The notes under the pieces: model-generated
What the model was told of the DNA's origin: nothing
Seen by the model: only the letters and a program-made list of their open reading frames with translations
Database searches by the model: none
Shown here: positions 50,023 to 60,776 of the stretch, one piece after another
How positions within the stretch are numbered: the stretch's first letter is position 1
Layout: the number at the start of each line of letters is the position of its first letter
Made by a program: the position numbers and the translations under genes
Source: Clostridium sp.
GTDB lineage: Bacteria; Bacteroidota; Bacteroidia; Bacteroidales; Bacteroidaceae
Length of the DNA stretch: 64,000 bases
Direction: 5' to 3'
NCBI GenBank assembly: GCA_023663705.1
Contig: JAMPGY010000005.1
Location: forward strand, 1-64,000

Positions 50023-50673
50023 TCACTTGCATCCACACAAACGGATCAAGTTGTCCAACTGAGAGGCCACCAGCTCTTCCACAGACTCGTCACGCAATGA
50101 AGCTACCGTGTGATACAATTCAAACAAGGATGCATCGTCATCGTCCGTTTCCAGAAAAAAAGAATCACGGGGACAGAATTGTAAAGCCGAATCGATATGC
50201 CGGACACCGAAACTCATATGAATGCCGGCATGCAACAACTGCTGCATCTGCCGCACACCTCCTCTGAAACCATGCATCACCCAAGGCACATCAGGGCGCA
50301 GACGACGATGCACCCCCAACAAAAGATCTAACGCCCGCACGCAATGTAGAATCACAGGCATATTCAGTTGTTCCGCCCGCTTTACCTGTGCTTCAAACGC
50401 CTGGACCTGAACATCCAGAGGGGTATTGCAACAGCGATCAAACCCACATTCTCCCACTGCCACCACTTTCTTCTGCTCCAGCACCGACCATAGGGCTTCC
50501 AACTCCTGCGGCCAGGACTCCGACACATACCAGGGATGCAAGCCCGCAGAATAATAGGTGGTGGAATTTTCGGCGTCCGACTTACTTTCCAGGTTAAAAG
50601 GAGGCATGCTGTTACATATCACAATCTCGTCCTTACACGCCACCCTATGGGTATGGAAATTAATGAACTGCAT
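50023..50673 (-). CDS. TatD-family metal-dependent hydrolase
   Basis: FINFHTH N-terminal metal-binding motif, conserved His/Glu/Asp pattern; start moved to MQFINFHTH. Confidence 0.75.
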   Translation of the reverse strand: MQFINFHTHRVACKDEIVICNSMPPFNLESKSDAENSTTYYSAGLHPWYVSESWPQELEALWSVLEQKKVVAVGECGFDRCCNTPLDVQVQAFEAQVKRAEQLNMPVILHCVRALDLLLGVHRRLRPDVPWVMHGFRGGVRQMQQLLHAGIHMSFGVRHIDSALQFCPRDSFFLETDDDDASLFELYHTVASLRDESVEELVASQLDNLIRLCGCK

Positions 50674-50683
50674 AGTTAAAAAA

Positions 50684-50947
50684 TTAAGGAACCGGATCAT
50701 AACCGCTCCCACCCCAAGGATGACAACGCAAAACACGGCGCACCGTCAGATAAAGTCCTTTGAAAGGCCCATGCTTGCGCAAAGCCTCCACCGCATAACT
50801 TGAACACGTAGGGGTGAAACGGCAGGACGGCGGAGTGAGCGGAGACACAAAGCGGCGATAAAATTCGACAGGAAGAAGCAACGCCTCCACCAACAACCGG
50901 CAGACAAACGACCAAAGACGTCTCATTCCACAGTTTCTTTGAATCAC
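50684..50947 (-). CDS. yidD: Membrane protein insertion efficiency factor YidD
   Basis: CRFxPTCSxYAxEA...RCHPxxxGxxDPVP signature; true start probably an internal Met. Confidence 0.85.
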   Translation of the reverse strand: MIQRNCGMRRLWSFVCRLLVEALLLPVEFYRRFVSPLTPPSCRFTPTCSSYAVEALRKHGPFKGLYLTVRRVLRCHPWGGSGYDPVP

Positions 50948-51372
50948 GTATACGACTCAACAATACGGTAAAGCAAATTTTTCACTTTACTTTCCACTAA
51001 ATGCGAAGCACATAATTCACCTGAACTCCACAGAAAAGCAATCATCAACCCGCAGGGAGCAGTCTCTGCACTCATAGCCTCAAGGGCATGCAGGATATGT
51101 TTATTCCTGCGGTAAGCCTCACGAACCTGACGTTTCACGCGATTGCGACAAACAGCACGCTTGAAACGACGTTTGGACACCGACACTAAAAAGAGCGCTT
51201 CACCAACCGGAATGTCGGGTTTCTCCCGAAACACCACACGCAAAGGATAAGCCGACAACGAACGGCTGCCTTCCGAAAACAAAGTCTCCGTCAAACGCCG
51301 CCCGCACAGGCGTTCATTCTTGCCCAATGTCTTCCGCCCGGTTTCCTTGTTCACGCCCTTTACTGCACTCAT
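50944..51372 (-). CDS. rnpA: Ribonuclease P protein component
   Basis: 142 aa basic protein with RNR-like motif ([18 protein letters not shown]), immediately upstream of yidD. Confidence 0.85.
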   Translation of the reverse strand: MSAVKGVNKETGRKTLGKNERLCGRRLTETLFSEGSRSLSAYPLRVVFREKPDIPVGEALFLVSVSKRRFKRAVCRNRVKRQVREAYRRNKHILHALEAMSAETAPCGLMIAFLWSSGELCASHLVESKVKNLLYRIVESYT

Positions 51373-51454
51373 TATAACTTTCCCTGCCGATTAAACGTTC
51401 AGTAAAACAAAAACAGACCACCCGTCGGCAATGCCAAAGCAGTCTGTTTCCCTG

Positions 51455-52204
51455 TTATTTTTTTCCGTTGGACTTGGACACAAAGTCACTCAGCGCCGCC
51501 GTTATGGAGGGATACTGAGGCGATGGAGCTTCCAAATCCAATCGCAACCCCGCATCCTTAACCGCCTTGGCCGTAGCCGAGCCGAAACAACCGATGGCAA
51601 TGTCTCCTTGTTCAAAATTGGGGAAATTCTTCATCAACGACTGAATGCCCGACGGACTGAAGAAGATCAGCATATCATAGTCGAACACCTCATCTTGAGC
51701 AAAATCATTACTCACCGTACGGTACATAACCCCCTCCGTATGCTGAAGCTTCTTAGCATCAAGCAAATTGCGGATTTCATCACTATGCACATCAGACATA
51801 GGCACGAAGTATTTCTCCGCCTTGTGCTTCACCATCGTCGGCACCAAATCGTCTATTTTACCTGTGGAACCATAAAAAACCTTCCGCTTACGATATTGCA
51901 CATACTTCTGAATGTACAGAGCAATGGCCTCTGTCACACAGAAATATTTCATATCTTCGGGTATGGCCACACGCATTTCCTTACACAGCTGAAAAAAGAA
52001 ATCTATAGCATGACGTGAAGTGAATACAATGGCGGTGTGGTCTAAAATGGAGATCTTTTGCTGACGGAAATCCTTTGGCGACAAACACTCCACTTTAATG
52101 AAAGGACGAAACACCAATTCAACATTATACTTGGCTGCAATCTCATAATAAGGCGACTTCTCGGATGAGGGTTTCGGCTGAGATATGAGAATCTTCTTTA
52201 TCAT
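51455..52204 (-). CDS. hemD: Uroporphyrinogen-III synthase (HemD-like)
   Basis: 249 aa, two-lobe HemD fold suggested by length/positional conservation with rnpA-yidD cluster in Bacteroidales. Confidence 0.6.
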   Translation of the reverse strand: MIKKILISQPKPSSEKSPYYEIAAKYNVELVFRPFIKVECLSPKDFRQQKISILDHTAIVFTSRHAIDFFFQLCKEMRVAIPEDMKYFCVTEAIALYIQKYVQYRKRKVFYGSTGKIDDLVPTMVKHKAEKYFVPMSDVHSDEIRNLLDAKKLQHTEGVMYRTVSNDFAQDEVFDYDMLIFFSPSGIQSLMKNFPNFEQGDIAIGCFGSATAKAVKDAGLRLDLEAPSPQYPSITAALSDFVSKSNGKK

Positions 52205-52209
52205 GCTTC

Positions 52210-53052
52210 CTATATATTTGTTAGAATAACTTCATTTAAATAGGCCAATATCCGTCGGAACGCGAGGATCGGCACAATTTCAAGGGCACAAAAGTACACA
52301 ATTAAATGCAATAAGCCATGAATTTCTCCGAAAAAGATAGCAAAGCTTTTGTAAAACAATAAAATTTCACTTAAAGCCTGTACTATTATTAAACAAATGA
52401 TTACGATTGAAACAGAAACCTCGTAAAACACCCCCATAAAGGCAAGAGGATATAACAGGACACCCTCCAATGCCACCAACAGCAAATAAGAAACTTTCCA
52501 TTCATGACAGCTGATTTTGTCATAAAAAGTCTTATTTACAAATTCACACAACAGCAGTTTGGTCAGCAAAAAGCCTGATACAGCCAACACATTGACAGAC
52601 AGCAACAGCAACGGAGCGTCCGCCCGCAACAAACTACCGGAACAATAGCCATACAACAACGCTAAGAGAAAAGCACACTGCACAAACAAAAAGGACAGGT
52701 AGCGTATCTCCTCCCCCGTACGCACCGCTGAGTTTCGGCGGGATCTGAAAAAAAAGAAATCTTTTATCAACTGAAACAAGAAACGGCGGCCTCCGGCATA
52801 GATCAGGCACATACCCAGAAAAGCGGCAAGCAAAAAGAGCTCCACACCGGTGTCGGTACACAGACGATAAGGCAAAGATTCTCCCGGGCAGCCCATACGG
52901 CCAAGAACAGAAGCCGACTCACGACTTACGTCCCTGCCGAACAAACTGTCCGCCGGCAGTGTTTCCCCGCCCCACAACAAGATCCGTGAAGCCTCGGCCG
53001 GATATAAAACCGAAGGCTCACCGGTAACAAAAACAGAATCACCCATATTCAT
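52210..53052 (-). CDS. DUF4271-family membrane protein
   Basis: 280 aa, polytopic; conserved position next to hemD in Bacteroidales. Confidence 0.55.
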   Translation of the reverse strand: MNMGDSVFVTGEPSVLYPAEASRILLWGGETLPADSLFGRDVSRESASVLGRMGCPGESLPYRLCTDTGVELFLLAAFLGMCLIYAGGRRFLFQLIKDFFFFRSRRNSAVRTGEEIRYLSFLFVQCAFLLALLYGYCSGSLLRADAPLLLLSVNVLAVSGFLLTKLLLCEFVNKTFYDKISCHEWKVSYLLLVALEGVLLYPLAFMGVFYEVSVSIVIICLIIVQALSEILLFYKSFAIFFGEIHGLLHLIVYFCALEIVPILAFRRILAYLNEVILTNI

Positions 53053-53636
53053 ATAGCTGCGAATTTACGCACGCTACTATCCCACAACGGGGTTTCAAAC
53101 AACAGCCGGACAGCCTCCTCCGGTGTTTGAGCCACACGCCATATCGCCGTGTGCTCTTTCCGCATGAAACGTTCGTCCACAGCCTGCTGCAGTTGCAAGA
53201 GCAAATGACGATAGAAATCACCGATATTGAGGATAACAATGGGATGGGGATAGAGTCCCAGCTGTTTCCAGGTGATGACCTCCAGCAACTCCTCCATCGT
53301 GCCACATCCGCCGGGCAAGGCTATAGCCCCGTCAGCAAGGCGCATCATGGTCTGTTTGCGCGTGTGCATGTCAGGCGTTTCTATGAGTTCCGTCAGTCCG
53401 GTATGGTGCCAGTTCTGTTCCACCATGAAAGTCGGTATGACGCCCGTCACCCGGCCTCCGGCCTCCAGACAGGCATCCGAACATTCCTTCATCAATCCCA
53501 AACATCCGGCACCGTTCACCAGCCGCAGATTGCGACGGGCCAGCAGCCGGCCTAACCGACGGGCTGCATCCACATATTGCTCTTCCAGCTGAGTGCTGGA
53601 AGAGCAATACACACAAACCGATTGAATATCGTTCAT
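53049..53636 (-). CDS. LOG-family (TIGR00730) cytokinin riboside 5'-monophosphate phosphoribohydrolase-like protein
   Basis: PGGxGTxxE motif (ALPGGCGTMEE), Rossmann-like; start set to MNDIQS with TGATG overlap with metK stop. Confidence 0.8.
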   Translation of the reverse strand: MNDIQSVCVYCSSSTQLEEQYVDAARRLGRLLARRNLRLVNGAGCLGLMKECSDACLEAGGRVTGVIPTFMVEQNWHHTGLTELIETPDMHTRKQTMMRLADGAIALPGGCGTMEELLEVITWKQLGLYPHPIVILNIGDFYRHLLLQLQQAVDERFMRKEHTAIWRVAQTPEEAVRLLFETPLWDSSVRKFAAI

Positions 53637-54919
53637 CAGAGTCCGAACGCCTGCTTTATCTTCTCCACATAGTCCAACTTCTCCCACGTGAACAACTCCA
53701 CCTCCAGACTGAGATCCTGCATATAGCGGTTGTGGAAGGTCTTCACCACCGTGCGCGGCTCGCGCCCCATGTGACCGTAGGCTGCCGTCTCTTCATAAAT
53801 GGGATTGCGCAGTTTCAGGCGTTCCTCGATGGCCTTGGGGCGCATGTCGAACAGGCGGGCTATGATGCGGGCTATCTCACCGTCGCTTTCTTTCACCCGG
53901 CTACGTCCATACGTGTTCACGTAGATGTTGATGGGTTCGGCCACACCGATGGCATAACTCACCTGCACCAGCATCTCGTCGGCCACTCCGGCCGCCACCA
54001 TGTTTTTGGCTATATGACGGGCGGCATAAGCAGCCGAACGGTCTACTTTAGAGGGGTCCTTTCCCGAGAATGCGCCACCCCCATGAGCTCCCTTACCGCC
54101 ATAAGTATCGACAATGATTTTACGGCCGGTGAGGCCGGTGTCGCCGTGAGGACCGCCAATCACAAACTTGCCCGTGGGGTTAACGTGATAGGTGATATGG
54201 TCGTCGAACAGCTTCAACACTTCCGGATTGTGGATGCCGGCCAGCACACGAGGCATCAACACACGCAACACATCCTGACGGATGATATCCAGCATCTGCC
54301 GGTCTGCCTTATCCTGATCGCCATCGTGCGCCTTCACGAAGTCGTCATGCTGCGTAGACACCACAATGGTATCCACCCGCACGGGATAACCTTCGTCGTT
54401 GTATTCTATAGTCACCTGACTTTTGGCATCGGGACGCAGGTAAGTCATCTCCTTACCTTCGCGACGGATGTCGGCCAGCACCCGCAGGATACGGTGGGAC
54501 AAATCGAGTGACAAGGGCATATAGTTCTCGGTTTCGTTGGTGGCATATCCGAACATCATTCCCTGATCTCCGGCACCCTGATTCATCGGATCGGTGCGCT
54601 CCACGCCGCGGTTGATGTCGGCGCTCTGCTCGTGTATAGCCGACAGGACGCCACAACTTTCAGCCTCGAATTTATATTCGGCCTTGGTGTATCCGATGCG
54701 GCGTATAGTACGTCGAGCAATGTCCTGCAGGTCTACGTATGCAGAAGATTTCACTTCTCCAGACACAATCACCTGGCCGGTAGTCACCATGGTTTCACAC
54801 GCCACTTTCGAGTTCTTGTCGAAAGCCAGCAACTCATCCAGCACGGCATCCGAAATCTGGTCTGCCACCTTGTCGGGATGTCCCTCGGAAACGGATTCGC
54901 TCGTAAATAAATAACCCAT
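53636..54919 (-). CDS. metK: S-adenosylmethionine synthetase
   Basis: N-term [34 protein letters not shown]-loop. Confidence 0.95.
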   Translation of the reverse strand: MGYLFTSESVSEGHPDKVADQISDAVLDELLAFDKNSKVACETMVTTGQVIVSGEVKSSAYVDLQDIARRTIRRIGYTKAEYKFEAESCGVLSAIHEQSADINRGVERTDPMNQGAGDQGMMFGYATNETENYMPLSLDLSHRILRVLADIRREGKEMTYLRPDAKSQVTIEYNDEGYPVRVDTIVVSTQHDDFVKAHDGDQDKADRQMLDIIRQDVLRVLMPRVLAGIHNPEVLKLFDDHITYHVNPTGKFVIGGPHGDTGLTGRKIIVDTYGGKGAHGGGAFSGKDPSKVDRSAAYAARHIAKNMVAAGVADEMLVQVSYAIGVAEPINIYVNTYGRSRVKESDGEIARIIARLFDMRPKAIEERLKLRNPIYEETAAYGHMGREPRTVVKTFHNRYMQDLSLEVELFTWEKLDYVEKIKQAFGL

Positions 54920-55159
54920 TATAATCCTTTCTTATTTAAATTCAACAAATATAACGGGATGGTCATTGGGAAGGTATGCGTCCAGTGCAAGAAGACTGTA
55001 TTTAGCATTTTTTTCTGTGGTTGCAAGCTGCCCAAATCTATCCACATTGGTTTCGTGTGCAAAGATAGCGAGTTTTTCCTGAACAGCACTCATATCTATC
55101 CTTTTTTAACGGATAAAAGGGAACTTATCCGAAAACACCATTCTTCAATGAACCGTGCA

Positions 55160-55196
55160 GACGATGGGGTTCCCCATAGTCTGCACAGAAATATTG
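55160..55196 (-). terminator. Terminator hairpin after LRR/transglutaminase gene (GTGCAGAC-TATGGGGAACCCCATCG-TCTGCAC)
   Basis: Nested 8-bp + 6-bp stems directly after stop at 55197. Confidence 0.55.
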
Positions 55197-57179
55197 TCAC
55201 TGCGGAGCCTGCCAGAAGTAGGCATCATCAGACGTAGTACCGTCAAACGACAGGAAGCCGTCCGGCACCAGGCATATCATCCGGCTTCTACAGCCGCTTT
55301 TCGATTCCGACTGATATACACTGTGCTGACAAGCCGTAATCCAATAGAGATTTTTTGCCATATAGCTCTTCAGATAATGGTCCGCCGTCTGCACTACCTC
55401 GTGATTCCAGTTGGCATCTTCATTCAATATCAGCGGCCGATCTTGAATAAGACGTTCGCGCACTTCGCCAGGATGGAGCGGCACACCATTCTCATCCGTC
55501 ACAAAGGCAGCAAAACTGGGATCCATCCACACCCATTTGTTCAGATTCCGACTCCAGGCCACATTTATCACATGGCAGTCCGGATCCTCCACATATCCTT
55601 TAGACTGACAGGTAAGATAGCGCGACGGAATGCCGCAGGCCAAATAGAGTTCGTTGAGCATCATGGCCAGAAAACGACAGTTCAGGCCGCGTCCCTCGCG
55701 GCGGCATAATTCGTAGAGTTCAATAGCATTGTAATTACAGTCGGGCCAGCTGGAACCGCCGTCGTGGCGGATAGCATCGTGAAGCCAGTACATCAGATTC
55801 TTCATGCGCGAAACATCGTCTCCCGCACCGGCAATGCTGTCCAGATTGAAATACTTGCGCACACGCACCAGGTCACTATCTGCCGTAGCCTGATAAGTAA
55901 AGGCCGGCCACTCTGTGACATTGGCACGGTAAGGGGCGCTCTTTTTCAGAATACGGAGGAAATCCCCCTTCTCTCGAGCTCTCTCCACAATCCGATCGAA
56001 CCGGCCATCTGCGTGAAGGCTCACCAAATCTTCGTCCCTCATCATGTGGCGGGAATCGTTCCACCCCATGGCTACGGCAACCTCCAGCCAGTCGAGTGCC
56101 TCGTCCTTTTGTCCCGCTAAAGCACTGCCACACGCTTCGTCATAGGCATACGGAGCATACCTCCCAATGCCATAATATGCCATTTCGCCGTTGCGCACGC
56201 CCTGCTTCAGCACCGGCATGAGTTGTCGCATTGCCTCCTTATAGTCATCTGTCCGATTGTTGCAGTCCTGCCGAGACAGACCGGGAATCACTTCGGGAAA
56301 AGAACTGAACAATACAGTCCCTTTCAGCTCATACCCCTTGAAGGCCGGACACCCCTCGGCTGCCCCCACAGCAGTGGAAAGCACAGCACCATGGAAAGTC
56401 ACTCTCTCCAGCAACGGACATTCAGCAATCATTCTGGGACCTCCCGTACTCACCACCGGGCCGCGCAGGTCGATGGTACTCAGGTTCGGACAACGGGCAA
56501 ACATATTCCAACCATCGATATGTCCAAGATAACCGGTTATCTCGATGGTTTCCACCAACGGAAGTCCATCAAAGGCAGCTCCGTAGATATTATCCACATT
56601 GTGCATCACGATTTGTTTCAATCCACCCTGAGAGAAGGCATAAGCGCCAATCCCCTTCACATGTTTCGGGAATACGACATCCTCCAAATCCGTGTCGTTG
56701 TAGAACGCATACGGTCCCACCCATACACTGTCGGGCAATACGATACGACGCAACTTTGTGTACTCAAGTGCCCCGGTCTGAATGGAGTCCAACCGGGCAG
56801 GCAAATCAACGCTTTCCACCCTACAATTGCGAAACAGAAACGGGGGCAATGTCCGTCCGCCACCCGTCACATAGTGCAGTCCTTCTTTATTTATATACGC
56901 TCCACCTCCATGGGAGAAAGTCGCTTCCTTCATATCTATCTTACACAGACGTCCCGGTGTGGGTTGCTGATTGATATCACTGCCGGCCATCTCGCGCAGA
57001 AAACGCAGGTCGTCTCCGTTCAGCGCACCCTTCACCACCATCTCTTGTGTGGCATACTTCTTCTTCTCGCCTACCGTAGCAGCCAATGTACCGGGCACCT
57101 TCACACGCACCTTGAGCGGGCGGGCTTGTACGGACACGGCAACCAACAGCAGCAACATTGCTCTCATCATGTTTTTCAT
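55197..57179 (-). CDS. Secreted protein: N-terminal leucine-rich-repeat (BspA-type) region fused to C-terminal transglutaminase-like cysteine protease domain
   Basis: Signal peptide; LRR-like beta-strand repeats in residues about 100-300; C-terminal Cys-His-Asp context (NCRFLAMMLNELYLACGIPSRYLTC ... HVINVAWSRNLNKWVWMDPS). Confidence 0.7.
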   Translation of the reverse strand: MKNMMRAMLLLLVAVSVQARPLKVRVKVPGTLAATVGEKKKYATQEMVVKGALNGDDLRFLREMAGSDINQQPTPGRLCKIDMKEATFSHGGGAYINKEGLHYVTGGGRTLPPFLFRNCRVESVDLPARLDSIQTGALEYTKLRRIVLPDSVWVGPYAFYNDTDLEDVVFPKHVKGIGAYAFSQGGLKQIVMHNVDNIYGAAFDGLPLVETIEITGYLGHIDGWNMFARCPNLSTIDLRGPVVSTGGPRMIAECPLLERVTFHGAVLSTAVGAAEGCPAFKGYELKGTVLFSSFPEVIPGLSRQDCNNRTDDYKEAMRQLMPVLKQGVRNGEMAYYGIGRYAPYAYDEACGSALAGQKDEALDWLEVAVAMGWNDSRHMMRDEDLVSLHADGRFDRIVERAREKGDFLRILKKSAPYRANVTEWPAFTYQATADSDLVRVRKYFNLDSIAGAGDDVSRMKNLMYWLHDAIRHDGGSSWPDCNYNAIELYELCRREGRGLNCRFLAMMLNELYLACGIPSRYLTCQSKGYVEDPDCHVINVAWSRNLNKWVWMDPSFAAFVTDENGVPLHPGEVRERLIQDRPLILNEDANWNHEVVQTADHYLKSYMAKNLYWITACQHSVYQSESKSGCRSRMICLVPDGFLSFDGTTSDDAYFWQAPQ

Positions 57180-57367
57180 CTTTATTTTCTTAATTTATTT
57201 GGTTTTACTTTATCATACGTAAGCAAATGTTTATATGTGAAACACACATTTAACTGTTTCTCGACACTTTGGATAAACTCTTATATAAATCGGTGTCCAA
57301 TACTTAAACATTCCTTGCCCAATCTTTATATACCGCTGCGAAACTGACGTTCTGGCCAAAGATCGCT

Positions 57368-57874
57368 TTAGTCCTGCAAACGCAGCAACAGTTCCCTCAC
57401 ACTATACCCTATCACGGGATGCACAACATGCGGGGCTATCTCAGCCAAAGGCTGCATCACAAATAATCGCCTGTGCATCAAGGGATGGGGCAGAGAAAGA
57501 TGCACAGTTTCCTTTCCGTTCGGCAACAACACGTCCGTCTCCATCACCCGGTCGTCATACAGCAGAAGGTCGATGTCCATCGTGCGGTCGGCATAACCAC
57601 CGGCTGTGCTTTTGCGTTTCCGCCCCAACTCCCGCTCTATCTGTTGCGTTGTTATCAGCACCCCTGCGGGAGAAAGCTCCGTGCGCAGACCGACGGCTGC
57701 ATTCAGAAACGGATGGGACGAAACAAAGCCCCAGGGCTCTGTTTCATAAAAAGCGGACCGGCACACCACCGTGCCGACCCGCTCCCGCAACATATCCACA
57801 GCCCGATGCATCAGAGACGTTCTGTCTCCTTCGTTACTGCCCAGACCGAGATAAATCGTATGTTCGTTCATCAA
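57368..57874 (-). CDS. folK: 2-amino-4-hydroxy-6-hydroxymethyldihydropteridine diphosphokinase
   Basis: IYLGLGSN...ETEPWG HPPK motifs. Confidence 0.88.
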   Translation of the reverse strand: MMNEHTIYLGLGSNEGDRTSLMHRAVDMLRERVGTVVCRSAFYETEPWGFVSSHPFLNAAVGLRTELSPAGVLITTQQIERELGRKRKSTAGGYADRTMDIDLLLYDDRVMETDVLLPNGKETVHLSLPHPLMHRRLFVMQPLAEIAPHVVHPVIGYSVRELLLRLQD

Positions 57875-58929
57875 TCATTCAGAATCAACATGGCATCGCC
57901 ATAACTGCCGAAACGATATTCCTCTTTCAGCGCTTCCTTGTAGGCTCGCATCACCAGGTCGTAGCCGCCGTAGGCCGCCGTGAGCATAAGCAGCGTGCTG
58001 TAGGGCAAATAGAAGTTGGCCACCATGGCATCGGCCACACTAAACTCATAGGGCGGGAAGATAAATTTGTTGGTCCATCCCTCAAACTCTTTCAGATGAC
58101 CGTCTGTGCCCACTGCTGTCTCAATGACACGCTGCACCGTAGTTCCCACGGCACACACTTTATGGCCACCGTCCTTCGCCCGGTTTACCACCCGACAAGC
58201 CTCGGCATTGACCAGCATCTCCTCGCTATCCATCTTGTGCTTGGTAAGGTCTTCCACATCAATCTCACGGAAATTACCCAAGCCACAGTGCATCGTGACA
58301 AACGCGAAGTCAATGCCCTTGATCTCCATGCGCTTCATCAGCTCGCGCGAGAAGTGCAGGCCGGAAGTGGGAGCTGTGACCGCTCCTTCGTTGCGGGCAA
58401 AAAGACATTGGAAACGCTCCAGATCCTCCGGTTCGGAAGGACGCTGGATGAAGCGGGGCAGCGGTGCCTCGCCCAAAGCATAGAGTGCGGCCTTGAACTC
58501 ATCATGGGGACCGTCGTACAGGAAACGGAGCGTACGGCCGCGGGAGGTCGTGTTGTCTATCACCTCGGCCACCATCGAATCATCCTCTCCAAAATACAGT
58601 TTGTTGCCGATGCGTATTTTACGGGCCGGGTCCACCAGCACGTCCCACAGGCGCAGTTCTTCGTTCAGCTCACGCAACAGGAACACTTCGATGCGTGCAC
58701 CCGTCTTTTCCTTATTTCCGTACAAACGGGCGGGAAATACCTTGGTGTCGTTGAAGATGAACACGTCCTTATCGTCGAAATAGTCCAATATGTCCTTGAA
58801 ATACTGACGATGCTCGATTTCACCGCTCTTTTTATGCAATACCATCAGACGGGACTCGTCGCGATGAAACGTCGGACGAAGTGCAATCCGCTCTTCCGGA
58901 AGTTTGAATTTGAATTGTGACAGTTTCAT
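57871..58929 (-). CDS. queA: S-adenosylmethionine:tRNA ribosyltransferase-isomerase
   Basis: N-term [16 protein letters not shown]...P, 352 aa. Confidence 0.9.
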   Translation of the reverse strand: MKLSQFKFKLPEERIALRPTFHRDESRLMVLHKKSGEIEHRQYFKDILDYFDDKDVFIFNDTKVFPARLYGNKEKTGARIEVFLLRELNEELRLWDVLVDPARKIRIGNKLYFGEDDSMVAEVIDNTTSRGRTLRFLYDGPHDEFKAALYALGEAPLPRFIQRPSEPEDLERFQCLFARNEGAVTAPTSGLHFSRELMKRMEIKGIDFAFVTMHCGLGNFREIDVEDLTKHKMDSEEMLVNAEACRVVNRAKDGGHKVCAVGTTVQRVIETAVGTDGHLKEFEGWTNKFIFPPYEFSVADAMVANFYLPYSTLLMLTAAYGGYDLVMRAYKEALKEEYRFGSYGDAMLILND

Positions 58930-58945
58930 GTATTTATCTTTTTAT

Positions 58946-59662
58946 TTATGAATTACTAATTGTTTGTTCTTCCAACCAGATCGGGAAGTCTTCCACCGTC
59001 ATACAGTCCTCCACCCTGACATCGCCGACACGTGTGCGTCTCAGCGCCGTCAGATAGGCACCGCTCTGCAACGCCAGACCGATGTCTCGGGCCAATGCAC
59101 GGATATAGGTGCCCTTGCTGCATACCACACGGATTTCTATCTCCGGCAGATCGCAACGCAACAGTTCAAGTTCGTCTATGACCAAAATCTTCGGTTTCAA
59201 GTTCACCTCTTGTCCTTTGCGGGCAAGGTCGTAGGCCCGGTTGCCATCCACCTTGCAGGCCGAGAAAGCCGGCGGAACCTGCTCTATCGTGCCCACAAAT
59301 GTTTTCAGCGCTTCCTCCACAGCCTCGCGGGTGATGTGCTCCGTGGGATATTCCGCATCCACCGGTTTTTCCATATCGAACGATGGGGTTGTCGCTCCCA
59401 GCCGCAAGGTGGCGACGTACTCCTTGGTGTGAGCCTGCAACTCATCTATGCATTTTGTGGCACGCCCGGTACACAGCACCAGCACCCCGGTGGCCAATGG
59501 ATCCAATGTCCCCGCATGACCGACCTTCAGTTTCTTCACCTGCATCTTCCGGCACAGTTGGTAGCGTATCTTGGCCACCAATGCAAAAGACGTCCACCCA
59601 TAGGGCTTGTCAAAGCACAGCACCTGCCCCTCTTGAAAATCCACACATTTATGCTCCGTCAT
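58946..59662 (-). CDS. truB: tRNA pseudouridine(55) synthase
   Basis: GHAGTLDPLATGVL catalytic Asp motif. Confidence 0.9.
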   Translation of the reverse strand: MTEHKCVDFQEGQVLCFDKPYGWTSFALVAKIRYQLCRKMQVKKLKVGHAGTLDPLATGVLVLCTGRATKCIDELQAHTKEYVATLRLGATTPSFDMEKPVDAEYPTEHITREAVEEALKTFVGTIEQVPPAFSACKVDGNRAYDLARKGQEVNLKPKILVIDELELLRCDLPEIEIRVVCSKGTYIRALARDIGLALQSGAYLTALRRTRVGDVRVEDCMTVEDFPIWLEEQTISNS

Positions 59663-59663
59663 A

Positions 59664-60479
59664 TTATATATATGTAGAGATTATCAAAGAGACGCCCACC
59701 ACGGCGCAATACAAGGCAAAGTAGATGAGCTTGCCTTTCTTCACGATGTTGATCATCCATTTGCAGGCCACACAACCGGACACGAAGGCCGCCACAAAAC
59801 CTATGGCCAATGCCGACAGTGACATGTCGGCGGAGGACGTTGCCGCCGTACCGTCCCTCAGGGCCTTGATCACATCCAGCAATGCCTCGCCGAGAATGGG
59901 AGGAATCACCATCAGGAACGAGAACTGCGCCAGACGGGCCTTGCTGTTGCCCAGCAACAGCCCGGTGGCAATAGTGGAACCGGAACGGGACACACCCGGC
60001 AATACGGCCACCGCTTGGGCCAGACCGATGAGAAACGCATCCCGCAAAGATATATTCTCCTTGGCACGGGGCTTGGCATAGTAAGAGAAGGCGAGCAGCA
60101 AAGCCGTCACCAGCAGGCAGCATCCCACCACAAATAAGCCGCTGCCGAATATAGCCTCAACCTGATCCTTGAAGCAGACACCTACAATGCCCACCGGTAT
60201 CATCGACACCAGGATGTTGACCGCATAGCGCTGTTCATGATTGAGTCCATTGCCGTCCCAACGGAACAAGCCGCGAAATATCCACATAATCTCTTCACGC
60301 AGCATCACCAGTGTGCTGAACACAGTTGCCACATGCACCGCAATGGTAAATGTCAGGTTGGCCTCTCCGTCAATGCCGAAAAAACGGGAGGCTATCGTAA
60401 GATGACCGCTGCTGCTCACCGGAAGATACTCTGTGAGCCCCTGCAACAGCCCCATCAATAAAGCTTCTATTCCGTTCAT
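59664..60479 (-). CDS. uppP: Undecaprenyl-diphosphatase
   Basis: BacA motifs ([12 protein letters not shown]). Confidence 0.9.
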   Translation of the reverse strand: MNGIEALLMGLLQGLTEYLPVSSSGHLTIASRFFGIDGEANLTFTIAVHVATVFSTLVMLREEIMWIFRGLFRWDGNGLNHEQRYAVNILVSMIPVGIVGVCFKDQVEAIFGSGLFVVGCCLLVTALLLAFSYYAKPRAKENISLRDAFLIGLAQAVAVLPGVSRSGSTIATGLLLGNSKARLAQFSFLMVIPPILGEALLDVIKALRDGTAATSSADMSLSALAIGFVAAFVSGCVACKWMINIVKKGKLIYFALYCAVVGVSLIISTYI

Positions 60480-60482
60480 CGA

Positions 60483-60761
60483 CTACTCCTCTGTGACTGG
60501 TGAAGATTCCGTTGTCTTATCCTCCGCTGGAGTCTCCTTTTCCGCCGGTTTGTGCAGGATCCCGTATATCATGAACAGAAACCCGAAGAGACAAACCACC
60601 GGAGCGACCTTGATACGACGTACACTGAATATCTCGGGATTGAAATATTCCTCACTGCTCCCCTGACCGGACATCAGGATGAAACCGATAATGACAATGA
60701 TCATCCCAACAGCCAACAACATAAAATTCACTCTGTCGAAAGCAAAATTCCTTTTATCCAT
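60483..60761 (-). CDS. DUF3098-family small membrane protein
   Basis: 92 aa, two TM helices, conserved between uppP and ftsX in Bacteroidales. Confidence 0.6.
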   Translation of the reverse strand: MDKRNFAFDRVNFMLLAVGMIIVIIGFILMSGQGSSEEYFNPEIFSVRRIKVAPVVCLFGFLFMIYGILHKPAEKETPAEDKTTESSPVTEE

Positions 60762-60776
60762 AAGTTACTTTTTTTA

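Noticed and set aside
54920-55196. Canonical SAM-I (S-box) riboswitch upstream of metK
   Set aside because: I could not place the conserved S-box elements (GGUGGAGGGA, AUGGUGCC-AAUUCC, P1 closing helix) by eye. Only a weak SAM-II-like resemblance remains and is reported as unverified.
54959-55237. 92-aa plus-strand ORF in the metK leader region
   Set aside because: It is opposite to the local transcription direction, spans the terminator hairpin of the upstream gene, and has no promoter.
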